Part shown: piece by piece, positions 22,141-30,541 of the stretch
Layout of the letters: every line of letters begins with the position of its first letter
Numbering within the stretch: position 1 is the stretch's first letter
From: a virus
Taxonomy: Duplodnaviria > Caudoviricetes
Length of the DNA: 30,541 nt
IMG/VR virus record: IMGVR_UViG_3300027892_000107
Location: 1-30,541 of that record
Strand: one strand, 5' to 3'
Program-made: the position numbers and the translations under genes
The notes under the pieces: model-generated
Database searches by the model: none
What the model was told of the DNA's origin: nothing
Seen by the model: only the letters and a program-made list of their open reading frames with translations

Positions 22141-24744
22141 TTATGGGTTACTGTAATTTCTATCAACAATCTGAGCGACAGGCACAGATGCTGCTTGTGT
22201 CGTTAGCGGATAATTTCGAATGTAAAACGGTACATATCCCGTTTTAAAGACACCAATATCAACGTTTCCTGTAGTAGAGTAGATAAACGGATATGTTGTA
22301 CCAGAATGCGAATTTACATTAACCCGTTCAGTTTCTGTTCCAGCATCTAGAACAACAATATCAGATCCGGTAACAAGGCCAGTAAGAGTCAAAGTTGTCA
22401 AGTCAAGAGGATAGAGATTGTCTCTTTGTGCAGCTAATGTTGATGTTGTTAGAATTCTAATAAACGTCACTAGGTTTGTAGTGGCAGCGGTGGCACAGAC
22501 AATTCTAATCTTAAGTCTAAATCCTACGGATGCAGAAACAGTTTCTCCAGAAAGGTTGGCAGCTGTAAAGTTTTTCCAAGATCCACCATAAACCCCCGTT
22601 CCAGGATCAAGTTGATAATATATGTTATGGTTACCCCAAAGAGGACCAGAAGAGTATGCTACGTTCGTTCCTGTTACTAGTGGAGCGCTGTTTGTTAAAG
22701 CGGTGACGCCGAGCGTGTAATAATCTTGTTCCCAGATAATTTCATCATTAACAGCAGCCATAATAACGCTGCCGGTTGACGTAAATACTGGTGTTCCTGC
22801 AACTGTAGTAATATATGGTAGAGAAGTAGCAGTTGGTTCGTTAAACGCTAGAACCAGATGTCCACTAGTGTCAGCTGTGAACACATCATAGAAGTGTGTG
22901 CCATAAACTGATGTCTGGCCAGTGGTGGTTGTTGTACCACCATACTTCTTAACTTTTTCGTTAATGCCAGCAATGGTAACTACGTCAGCAAAGTCACCGT
23001 AAACGTCATAGAACTCGTTACCATAATCACTGTTAATTGTTACCAGAGCAGAAGTTCTTGTTGGTGTTAAGTAAGCTCTTTGAACCTTGTTTCTCTGGTT
23101 GTTTCCACCTGAAGACCAAACTGAAACTGGCGTGTTGGCACCAAGACCAGCTGCCGATATCATCGTGCTTCTTGTCCCGAAATTTCGAATCTTAAAATCA
23201 GTGCAACCAGTTGTGGTGAAACACGGATTATATGGTGTACATCCAGCAACAGCTGCATTTTTTCCCACAGTAAAGTTATTAAAGACACAGTTGGAAGATG
23301 TTAAACCAAGACCAATATTGATTGGAGTCGTGGTAAGTGTACCACCAACCCATCTGTCACAAAAATCAACGTTATTTGCAGATATATTAAAACATGTTGT
23401 TAGAGCTAATGTGCAAGAAGTAATTTCGCAGTTTGTAATAGCAATGTTGTCTGATGTTGCCAAGTTAAAATATGCTGCAGCTGCTCTAGCAAACTGCATG
23501 TTACTACCAGTTTTTATTCGATCTAAGGTTTGACCAGAACAAGATGTAATTGATACACAATGCCCGGAGTTGGTATTAGCGTAGCGGGCGCCAACAAACT
23601 TAGAAACTGTTCCACCCTGTCTATTTGACAAGAAAGTAATAGGTGAGTTTGCCATAGTTTGGCTTGTTCCAGAACCACAATCAACCATACTTAAAGCCGT
23701 TGCACATTCTTGAATATCAATTGTATCAAACGTAGCAACTCTGTGCATCTTTACATAATACGGCTGTTGGAATTGAAGATACCAATCACACAGACAATTC
23801 TCCATGTCGATGTAACCGGCAGATGTTGTTACGAAGTCCGGTCGTGTTCCTAGTGTTGATGATGGCAAAACGTTCGTCGCCCTTGCACCAGTAGTAGCGT
23901 GTCTCAAGAAAATGTTCGGAACTCGAATAGCTCTGCTTGCTGCTGGAACGTTTCCAACGGCGACAGTTCCATTGTGTCCAATTCTAACTTGTCCGTTCGT
24001 TTCCATACAGACGAATTTACTTCTTACATCAGTACCGAAGTTTGCTGTGATGAAAAGAGCCGCAGGAATTGCAGGCCAGAACTCATAATCGTCATCTGTT
24101 GCTGGTGAAGCCGTTGTGGCAATCCAAACCCCTGGTGTATAGTTTGTTGAAGAACCGTTTGTTGGGAGAGTTACTAACTGGTTAGCTGCACCTGTTGTTG
24201 TTCCTAATTCAAACCAAGAACCTCTTGTCTGAAATTTACCAATACGAGGAACAGTAATAGCAATAGATTGGTCGTGGGCAACTTCAATCCAACCAACAAC
24301 ATCGGCTCCGGAAGCGGTAGCACCAATACCTGTTAATGCACCAGCAGCATAAGCGCCGCCAGTAACTTCTCTAAATTTAATGAATCCTGTAGCTGGCATT
24401 GCAGCACCAACTGCTGTTGGAGTTGCAGTAAGAGAAGCCCAAACGCCTAAAAAGTATCCAGAAACGCCGCCCTGTGTAATACTAGTTCCAATAGCCGGTA
24501 CGTTACCTGTTCCGCCTGTGTAAGCTAACCATCTAACAGTTGTTGCGTCGATGTAATAACCACCACCAAGCGTCGACGATATGGTAACAGCACCCAATGT
24601 TCCTGTCATAGAAACAGCAGAGTTAACATGCCAACGACTATCTGTTCTGACGGTAAGAATACCACCATTGATAGTCATGGTTTCGCCAGCTGTACGAGCA
24701 GTACCTGGTACATCAAAAAACGTATTAGATGTAATTGTTGCCAT
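22141..24744 (-). CDS. Putative tail spike/fibre-like protein with central beta-helix-like region (867 aa)
   Basis: Very Thr/Gly/Ala-rich; Asn/Cys ladder-like repeats (NIAITNCEI, NISANNVDF, NCVFNNF). Confidence 0.6.
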   Translation of the reverse strand: MATITSNTFFDVPGTARTAGETMTINGGILTVRTDSRWHVNSAVSMTGTLGAVTISSTLGGGYYIDATTVRWLAYTGGTGNVPAIGTSITQGGVSGYFLGVWASLTATPTAVGAAMPATGFIKFREVTGGAYAAGALTGIGATASGADVVGWIEVAHDQSIAITVPRIGKFQTRGSWFELGTTTGAANQLVTLPTNGSSTNYTPGVWIATTASPATDDDYEFWPAIPAALFITANFGTDVRSKFVCMETNGQVRIGHNGTVAVGNVPAASRAIRVPNIFLRHATTGARATNVLPSSTLGTRPDFVTTSAGYIDMENCLCDWYLQFQQPYYVKMHRVATFDTIDIQECATALSMVDCGSGTSQTMANSPITFLSNRQGGTVSKFVGARYANTNSGHCVSITSCSGQTLDRIKTGSNMQFARAAAAYFNLATSDNIAITNCEITSCTLALTTCFNISANNVDFCDRWVGGTLTTTPINIGLGLTSSNCVFNNFTVGKNAAVAGCTPYNPCFTTTGCTDFKIRNFGTRSTMISAAGLGANTPVSVWSSGGNNQRNKVQRAYLTPTRTSALVTINSDYGNEFYDVYGDFADVVTIAGINEKVKKYGGTTTTTGQTSVYGTHFYDVFTADTSGHLVLAFNEPTATSLPYITTVAGTPVFTSTGSVIMAAVNDEIIWEQDYYTLGVTALTNSAPLVTGTNVAYSSGPLWGNHNIYYQLDPGTGVYGGSWKNFTAANLSGETVSASVGFRLKIRIVCATAATTNLVTFIRILTTSTLAAQRDNLYPLDLTTLTLTGLVTGSDIVVLDAGTETERVNVNSHSGTTYPFIYSTTGNVDIGVFKTGYVPFYIRNYPLTTQAASVPVAQIVDRNYSNP

Positions 24745-24753
24745 TAATTATTC

Positions 24754-26292
24754 CTACGAGTAAACAAACGCAGCGCGATTATTCCAAATCTTATCAAAAT
24801 TAGATGTACCGGACGCCCAGAGAATATTTGTATCGTCTCCTGCTACCTCAACACGCTTAATTCTCCAGACAGCCGCAGCTGCAGATGATCCTGGATCGGC
24901 TTCACCAATATAGGTGTAGGATCCAGAAACATCTATAAGTTTATTGTATTGCATCTCAACACTCGTTGTAATTTCCCCGATTATCTCATCAATGTTTGTT
25001 GCAACAAATTTTTTCTTAGCAGGATCAAAAATCAGGACACTTCTATCTGCAACAGTATTTATTCGTTTGAATTCCACATCATCATTATCCATCAATTTAG
25101 TAGAACCGCCGCCGTGCGATCCTGGTCCAGGCATCCTTGAAGATAATTTATATAATTCTTTACTCATCAACATCTTATAGCTACTGAGATCTTGGTTAAT
25201 TCTTAAGCTTAATTGCGTTAAAAGTGCGTCAATGCTTGGTGTGTCACCTTTCTCACCACGCTCGCCTGGTGGACCCATATCACCCTTTTCACCTTTTTCA
25301 CCGCGATCGCCTTTGTCGCCCTTATGTCCTTGTGGTCCACCAAAATCACCTTTTTCGCCGCGATCACCTTTGTCGCCCTTATCGCCTTTTGATCCTTTGG
25401 GGCCTTCTTTGCCTTGTTTACCTTCTTTGCCTTCAGGTCCACGATCTCCCTTGTCACCCTTCAGGCCTTTAGGACCATCTTTACCTTTTCTGCCTTCTTT
25501 ACCTTCTTTGCCCTGTTTACCTTCAGAACCACGATCACCTTTATCACCCTTTGGGCCTTTAGAACCTTCTAAACCATCTCTGCCATTTGCGCCTGGTAAG
25601 CCATCTTTACCATCTACGCCGTCTTTACCGTTTTCTGGTTTTTCTAACAGAACCCGGACATCATTTTTGAAACGAAGATACAAATCTCCAACATCATCTT
25701 TGAAGATGGCATCGGCGTTCTCATTTAGTGATGTGATATCTTCGGTGTATCTAAGTCCATAATCAATTAATTCGTCGAGTTTAGATTTTCTATCAGAAAC
25801 ATTCTTTTCTGTCTCAACAATAGTTTCTTCAGTTTTTGTGTACTTGACAAAATCACCAGAACTAAAATGTAACGGTACATCAAGTTCTTTATTATAATAG
25901 AGCCCACCTTCAGTTGGTCTCTCAACATGTATAGAATCTACGGCGCGCAATGAGACGATACAGTTGTTGTACTGCTCGAACATCTTGGTATCATTTGGAT
26001 AATAACCAGGTGGTACCTTCAGTAGATACCTTTTCCCGTCTGATGCAGGAACACCTTCTTGTTTTAGATTCCACTCTCTTTCGAATTGGTTGTCAAACTT
26101 TTCATCAGACACACTATTCTCATTAACGTATAATTCTTTACCCTCGGATACAACAACAGAACCATAATGCAGGCAATATTCCACACCGTCAAAAACCACA
26201 GTTTTCTTGTCTACTAAAAATGAATTTTCTGTAGATTGATTCCTCAACTGGACATCAGCGTCTGTGAGGATTTTAGAAACTATGAATCGCAC
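24754..26292 (-). CDS. Collagen-like triple-helix protein (fibre/whisker-like)
   Basis: 43 G-X-Y triplets (32 + 11, one Gly insertion) at ~25240-25630; GTG start with GGAG RBS; CATAAATA at 26321-26328. Confidence 0.85.
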   Translation of the reverse strand: MRFIVSKILTDADVQLRNQSTENSFLVDKKTVVFDGVEYCLHYGSVVVSEGKELYVNENSVSDEKFDNQFEREWNLKQEGVPASDGKRYLLKVPPGYYPNDTKMFEQYNNCIVSLRAVDSIHVERPTEGGLYYNKELDVPLHFSSGDFVKYTKTEETIVETEKNVSDRKSKLDELIDYGLRYTEDITSLNENADAIFKDDVGDLYLRFKNDVRVLLEKPENGKDGVDGKDGLPGANGRDGLEGSKGPKGDKGDRGSEGKQGKEGKEGRKGKDGPKGLKGDKGDRGPEGKEGKQGKEGPKGSKGDKGDKGDRGEKGDFGGPQGHKGDKGDRGEKGEKGDMGPPGERGEKGDTPSIDALLTQLSLRINQDLSSYKMLMSKELYKLSSRMPGPGSHGGGSTKLMDNDDVEFKRINTVADRSVLIFDPAKKKFVATNIDEIIGEITTSVEMQYNKLIDVSGSYTYIGEADPGSSAAAAVWRIKRVEVAGDDTNILWASGTSNFDKIWNNRAAFVYS

Positions 26293-26333
26293 AACTTAAA
26301 CTCCAATGTTTATTTCCTAGTATTTATGCATAA

Positions 26334-26362
26334 AAAAAGACGCCATTAAATGGCGTCTTTTT
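26334..26362. terminator. Bidirectional intrinsic terminator
   Basis: AAAAAGACGCCAT-TAA-ATGGCGTCTTTTT. Confidence 0.85.
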
Positions 26363-26369
26363 CTTTATT

Positions 26370-26446
26370 TGGTTGCGGAGGGTGGATTCGAACCACCGAC
26401 CTCCTGGCCCCAAACCAGGAGCTCTACCAGGCTGAGCTACATACGG
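26370..26446 (-). pseudogene. Chimeric tRNA: Pro(TGG) body with fMet-type 3' acceptor strand
   Basis: D, anticodon and T arms intact; 5' CCGTATG cannot pair with 3' CTCCGCA-ACCA (1 of 7 pairs). Confidence 0.75.
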
Positions 26447-26461
26447 GTAATTGTAATCTAT

Positions 26462-27571
26462 TTAGTCAACCTTCATCTCAAACTTCGGAGAACCAAGAAA
26501 ATTTCTCCAGGCATCTACCTTAGCTTGAGTCGTAAGTGTTTTCTTGAAGAATTCTTTGAACATTGCGACGACCGAAGGTACATCACAAACTTCAAGAGCT
26601 CTCGCCTTGAACATAAATCCATGAAGCTGAGTAGGATATCTCTTCACAATGAAAGCAAAATCTTTTTGCGAATAAGTTTTTCTTTTTTCAACAAATTTCA
26701 CAAACTCCTTTGCATTATGAAGAAGTTCAGTATTAACAATAGAAGCATAATCTTTCAGATGTTCCGCACGAGCCGGAGCAACAAGCGGAATCACATCATC
26801 CAGTTTGTCATCCATGATCAAAGCCAGAACCCGCTTTTCGTGAGCGGTTTCATCAATGACACGATGCAGAGCAACGTAGTCATCGGCCTTGAACTTGATG
26901 AAACGATTACTGTTATGAAAATGAATTACAGTTCCTTCAAGATCCTTGGCGTTCTTAATAGATTCAAAAATCTCTTCGATGTTTTTTCCATTACAGTGGT
27001 CACCAATAGGACCATCAGTCTCAGCGAAGTTACTGTAGTAAGTACCAGTTTGCATATGTCGAAGATTCAGTCTCACCAATCTCGACTCATCATAATGAAG
27101 AACAATCTTGTTGTTCGGTGAGATAAACTCGTAGATCGGAGTAAATCCTCTTTCGAGTGCTTCAATCATTTCATCCGCATCATAGTCGCATTCGCGCATC
27201 GCTTGCATTGCAACATCAGTTACACCCTTACGAGTCATGAACACAAGCTCACCACGAACAAGAGCCGGGTGGATCATAGAACCATCCCACTTGTTGTACA
27301 AGGTAAATGGCTCAAGCCAATCTTGGTTCTCGAACTTCGTTTCTTCTTTCTCATTGAGATTGAAGAACTTGTGAAACGGACGACCGATCAATTTACCGTC
27401 TAAGTCAAACTTAAGACCACGGCATTCGCGAGCGAAAGGATTGTCAAAGGTGTTCTCAGCAGCGTAGACGTAATCAAGAACGGTGTAATTGTCTTTCTCA
27501 ATACGAGCGATCTCGGGTTTATCCGCGATGTGCGGAAGAACATCATCAATATGTTTTATTACCGGAAACAT
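26462..27571 (-). CDS. rnlA: T4 Rnl1-type RNA ligase
   Basis: ECRGL.F, PFHKFFNLNE, motif I KWDGS, YEFISP.N.IV, EG.VI, KFKADDY. Confidence 0.92.
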   Translation of the reverse strand: MFPVIKHIDDVLPHIADKPEIARIEKDNYTVLDYVYAAENTFDNPFARECRGLKFDLDGKLIGRPFHKFFNLNEKEETKFENQDWLEPFTLYNKWDGSMIHPALVRGELVFMTRKGVTDVAMQAMRECDYDADEMIEALERGFTPIYEFISPNNKIVLHYDESRLVRLNLRHMQTGTYYSNFAETDGPIGDHCNGKNIEEIFESIKNAKDLEGTVIHFHNSNRFIKFKADDYVALHRVIDETAHEKRVLALIMDDKLDDVIPLVAPARAEHLKDYASIVNTELLHNAKEFVKFVEKRKTYSQKDFAFIVKRYPTQLHGFMFKARALEVCDVPSVVAMFKEFFKKTLTTQAKVDAWRNFLGSPKFEMKVD

Positions 27572-27586
27572 CACATCCTCATCAAT

Positions 27587-27663
27587 TGGCGTATCTGGTA
27601 AGACTCGAACTCACAACCCTCGCCTTCGTAGGGCGATGCTCTAATCCATTGAGCTACAGATAC
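27587..27663 (-). tRNA. tRNA-Arg(ACG)
   Basis: Cloverleaf, CCA. Confidence 0.95.
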
Positions 27664-27666
27664 AAG

Positions 27667-27742
27667 TGGCGACTCCTGTCGGATTCGAACCGACGACATC
27701 CGCGCAGACAACGCAGCGCTCTAACCGCTGAACTAAGGAGCC
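27667..27742 (-). tRNA. tRNA-Asp(GTC)
   Basis: Cloverleaf, G73, CCA; unusual U37. Confidence 0.9.
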
Positions 27743-28101
27743 TTAAAATTTGGTTTCGACTTTTGTTTTTCTTTGATCTTTTCGATCACTTCAGGTTTAC
27801 TTACGCGATACAACTCAAACAAACCCTCATCCCACATATGCATGGAATGAATATAAGAAAGAATACCAAGTGTCAACATGACTCCGCCGAGTTCTTGACG
27901 CTTCTCACCAACCGGCCGATCGAAAACATAATCGACTAGGACATGAGCTTTTTCTCTGTCATACCCGAGAGCTTGAACAAGCTCCAGTGCTTCTTCGATA
28001 AATCGGCTACACCGCTCTATGTTGTCAAAAGCAGTTTCCTGTGGGAAAACCTTTTGTAACCAGGCTCCGGCATCAATTTGGTAACCATCAAGTTGACTCA
28101 T
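27733..28101 (-). CDS. MazG-like NTP pyrophosphohydrolase-fold protein
   Basis: RFIEEALELVQA ... QELGGV acidic helical motif; stop lies within the 5' end of tRNA-Asp. Confidence 0.6.
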   Translation of the reverse strand: MSQLDGYQIDAGAWLQKVFPQETAFDNIERCSRFIEEALELVQALGYDREKAHVLVDYVFDRPVGEKRQELGGVMLTLGILSYIHSMHMWDEGLFELYRVSKPEVIEKIKEKQKSKPNFKAP

Positions 28102-28181
28102 ATTCTTTCTTTCTTTGAATTCTACTTGACTTTCTAGAATTACTGAAGGTAAATACCTTTACTCAGTGTCGAGTTATTTAG

Positions 28182-28379
28182 TCACAGAGAAATTTTCTTG
28201 ATGAAGAAATTCGGTTGCCCAAGATAAGTGGTTTTTTCTTTCTCAATACTAATATATTGAACCCGTACCTTTTCAGGTGTGAAGTGTTGAATTTTACCAA
28301 CAACTAAATTGCGATAACCAGGTTCACAGAAAGCTACCTCATCACCAACAACAAGTTCATTACCAAAGAAGTCTCTCAT
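28182..28379 (-). CDS. Small SH3/KOW-like hypothetical protein
   Basis: DFFGNELVVGDEVAF pattern; ATGA-coupled to the kinase. Confidence 0.7.
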   Translation of the reverse strand: MRDFFGNELVVGDEVAFCEPGYRNLVVGKIQHFTPEKVRVQYISIEKEKTTYLGQPNFFIKKISL

Positions 28380-28924
28380 GACCGGAAATCCCTGACTTCG
28401 ACATAACCAAGATTATCACCAAGCAGAGCACCCTCCACATTTTGAATCATCTTAGTGTGGTGACGAATGATAATCTCATCGGTAGTGTGAGGAACCGGAA
28501 TACCAGCTTCAATATTATCATTGTAAGAATTCAATTTTGCTTCAAGAGAACGATCAACGATGTAGTAAACTACACGAGCTTGAGTGTTGCTGGCGTATCC
28601 ACCACCGAACTCAAGCCAACGAAGAAAACTGACTCGATCAACGCGTGTCAGGTTTGTCGCATCATACACAACGCTCTGACCACCACGAAGATATCCTTCA
28701 ACAATAAACTTCGCCGCAGCAAAGGTGTCGTGTAAACCATCAGGCGTATAAGCCTCGGCGGCGATCTTTCCATCAGGACCGAAACCAAAAAGGTTCATAC
28801 GGATCGTATCCGTAGACACAATTGGGTATCCTGTCCTCGCGGCGATCTTCGATTTACCTGCTCCGGAAGGACCGACCATTATGACCAGTTCGGGGAGCGT
28901 CTTTCCAATAATTTGCTTCATCAT
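28376..28924 (-). CDS. AAA_33 / polynucleotide kinase-type P-loop protein
   Basis: MVGPSGAGKS, STDTIR, VVYDATNL...R as in Pnk kinase domains; no phosphatase domain. Confidence 0.8.
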   Translation of the reverse strand: MMKQIIGKTLPELVIMVGPSGAGKSKIAARTGYPIVSTDTIRMNLFGFGPDGKIAAEAYTPDGLHDTFAAAKFIVEGYLRGGQSVVYDATNLTRVDRVSFLRWLEFGGGYASNTQARVVYYIVDRSLEAKLNSYNDNIEAGIPVPHTTDEIIIRHHTKMIQNVEGALLGDNLGYVEVRDFRS

Positions 28925-28930
28925 TCACCT

Positions 28931-28959
28931 AATATACCCGCGAACGGGTCACATGTCAA
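28931..28959 (-). promoter_or_regulatory. sigma70-type promoter
   Basis: TTGACA-N17-TATATT. Confidence 0.8.
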
Positions 28960-28979
28960 TCAGGAATTGTAGTTTTTAG

Positions 28980-29056
28980 TGGCGACCCCGGCTGGACTCG
29001 AACCAGCAACCTACGGCTTAGAAGGCCGTTGCTCTATCCAGTTGAGCTACGGAGTC
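28980..29056 (-). tRNA. tRNA-Arg(TCT)
   Basis: Cloverleaf, CCA. Confidence 0.96.
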
Positions 29057-29062
29057 AACTGG

Positions 29063-29368
29063 TTAGAGAAACGATCTCTCTGTTCCCTTAGTATGAGAAG
29101 CAGGAACGTTCTCAACGTAGGTCCAATTCACATATTCAGCATCTTTAAGCCAATATGCCATGTGGTGTTTTGCTACAGGGCGACGACCTTCAAAAACATA
29201 ACCATCGTCTTCAAATGTGTGAGAGAAAAACTCACACAACTCGAGCCAGCGTTTGAAAGGCACGCACATCTGTACGGCATGTTTTCCAGCACCCGTTGAA
29301 TAGCGAACGGCAACAGGGACTTCCTGGTTTGTAACAAAATCGTATACGGTCATTTCAATAGACATCAT
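29063..29368 (-). CDS. Hypothetical protein (~101 aa)
   Basis: ATGA-coupled start at 29368. Confidence 0.65.
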   Translation of the reverse strand: MMSIEMTVYDFVTNQEVPVAVRYSTGAGKHAVQMCVPFKRWLELCEFFSHTFEDDGYVFEGRRPVAKHHMAYWLKDAEYVNWTYVENVPASHTKGTERSFL

Positions 29369-29547
29369 GCGCTCATCGGTTGTGAATTGGCTGTGGTGGT
29401 GACTCCGTTGGCCCAATCGAGCCAATCGAGCTCTTCATCCGCGAGGGTTTCCCCACGACGATAACGTGAATCGAGTTCATAGGCAAGGCGCTCAACACGG
29501 TCAAGACCATCATCGAGCGTTGCGAGGCGGTAAACTAAGACTTCCAT
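29365..29547 (-). CDS. Hypothetical protein (60 aa)
   Basis: AGGAGA RBS after a promoter. Confidence 0.7.
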   Translation of the reverse strand: MEVLVYRLATLDDGLDRVERLAYELDSRYRRGETLADEELDWLDWANGVTTTANSQPMSA

Positions 29548-29572
29548 AGGGCGTTTCTCCTATCACTGTCTC

Positions 29573-29601
29573 AGTATGCGCCTTTTCGGTCCTTTTGTCA
29601 A
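29573..29601 (-). promoter_or_regulatory. sigma70-type promoter
   Basis: TTGACA-N17-CATACT. Confidence 0.75.
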
Positions 29602-29637
29602 GCCTTTTCTGGGTTTTTTCCTAGACCCTTGTTTTTC

Positions 29638-30033
29638 TTAACGTTTCTTACCGATGGAGTACTTCGGAGTCAGAGCCCACTCGTTTTTCTCTTTAAATGG
29701 GATAACTTTGATAGTATTAGGCGAGACAGTATTCTTTTCTGCAATTTGTTTATTAACGATTTCTAATAGTCCCCAGCTTTCAAGAAGTAGCGCGATGGCG
29801 TTTCTTCGCTGGATATCAGATTCGGAAAGATCCGTCGGTTTTCCGTCTATCTTAAAAAGTTCCTTAAAATGGACGATGTAGTAACGGGCTTTCTTATGCA
29901 GAATATGACAGGATTGGTAAAGCACTTTCTCATTCCGCGAGGCAATGCCAATGCGGGTCAAGGTCTCCATGACCTTCAGAAAATCATCTTTTTCTTTAAG
30001 ATTGACTTCTAGTAGACTATCAACAACATTCAT
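29638..30033 (-). CDS. regA: RegA translational repressor
   Basis: DDFLKVMETLTRIGIA, LYQSCHILHK, YYIVHFKELF, RRNAIA.LL..WGL. Confidence 0.97.
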   Translation of the reverse strand: MNVVDSLLEVNLKEKDDFLKVMETLTRIGIASRNEKVLYQSCHILHKKARYYIVHFKELFKIDGKPTDLSESDIQRRNAIALLLESWGLLEIVNKQIAEKNTVSPNTIKVIPFKEKNEWALTPKYSIGKKR

Positions 30034-30407
30034 CTTTCACCTAGTGCTTTCTTTATGTCTTCTAGTTGAGAGGGTGATAGAATCCGCAACGCTTCCTTAG
30101 CACGAGTAACATTATACCCAAACCAAGTCTGAACTGCCTCTAAATCCTCGTTGACCTCTTTCTTGGTCCATTTACTGAACCGTTTTTTAGGTCTAACTAT
30201 ATTTATGAGAAAGTCATACTGTAGTTTGTTATCCAGGTGATAATTCATGTTCATCTGGTTGGCATACTCAACCGTGTCTGGGAAGTAAGACAGGGCGGTG
30301 TTCACCATGAATGGGAGGTAAGACTTCTCATCAGCTTCGCCTTCATTTATAAGGTGACGCTTAGTGAAGTTTACAGAGTTTACGAAATCAAAGGGGTTCG
30401 TCGCCAT
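30030..30407 (-). CDS. 62: Clamp loader small subunit gp62
   Basis: PFDFVNS, Y.PFMVN..LSYF.D, ANQMN, LQYDFL, KRFSKW; directly upstream of regA as in T4. Confidence 0.9.
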   Translation of the reverse strand: MATNPFDFVNSVNFTKRHLINEGEADEKSYLPFMVNTALSYFPDTVEYANQMNMNYHLDNKLQYDFLINIVRPKKRFSKWTKKEVNEDLEAVQTWFGYNVTRAKEALRILSPSQLEDIKKALGER

Positions 30408-30541
30408 CTTCTTCGTCCTTTTCCGGAGTTCTACCTTTTATTACAGCTTTGTTGGATAGCTCAAGAATTTTCTCACACGTTTCACAGATCTCAATCTCGG
30501 AGCCGTCATTAACGACTACCTTGGCTGGTTCTTCTGGAAGC
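30388..30541 (-). CDS. 3' part of a hypothetical protein (...ICETCEKIL...DGDEPL), cut by the window edge
   Basis: Open frame to TGA at 30388-30390, CxxC. Confidence 0.5.
   Translation of the reverse strand, partial: LPEEPAKVVVNDGSEIEICETCEKILELSNKAVIKGRTPEKDEEDGDEPL

Noticed and set aside
25232-25762. Plus-strand Pro/Ser-rich ORF
   Set aside because: Antisense shadow of the collagen G-X-Y codons
28126-28156. Plus-strand promoter TTGACT-N18-TAAATA
   Set aside because: Poor spacing and -10 match, and no plus-strand gene downstream

Overview
Fragment of a large T4-like (myovirus) phage genome; every gene I can support is on the minus strand. Core genes: gp62, regA, gp43, uvsX, gp41. About 16 kb between regA and gp43 holds 13 tRNA-like genes (one is a Pro/fMet chimera with an unpaired acceptor stem), Rnl1 RNA ligase, a Pnk-type kinase, an Acb2-family anti-CBASS protein, MazG-like genes and an AT-rich late module with a collagen-like fibre. 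The most unusual part is 1-6270: two operons of small accessory genes in which nearly every gene junction carries a copy of a ~40-nt element (15 copies; mRNA consensus outer stem / internal loop / CCCC-N5-AAAN-N5'-GGGG). Compensatory changes and G-U pairs that work only on the transcribed strand indicate an RNA structure. Both operons share a 16-bp-spacer sigma70 promoter, an identical upstream 18-mer, an ACUUAA-loop hairpin and a 26-nt boxA-like motif. My inference is an rRNA-operon-like, antiterminated transcript processed into single-gene units, whose repeats may also allow gene shuffling. All calls were made by eye, without database searches or folding software. An alphaproteobacterial host is an inference.
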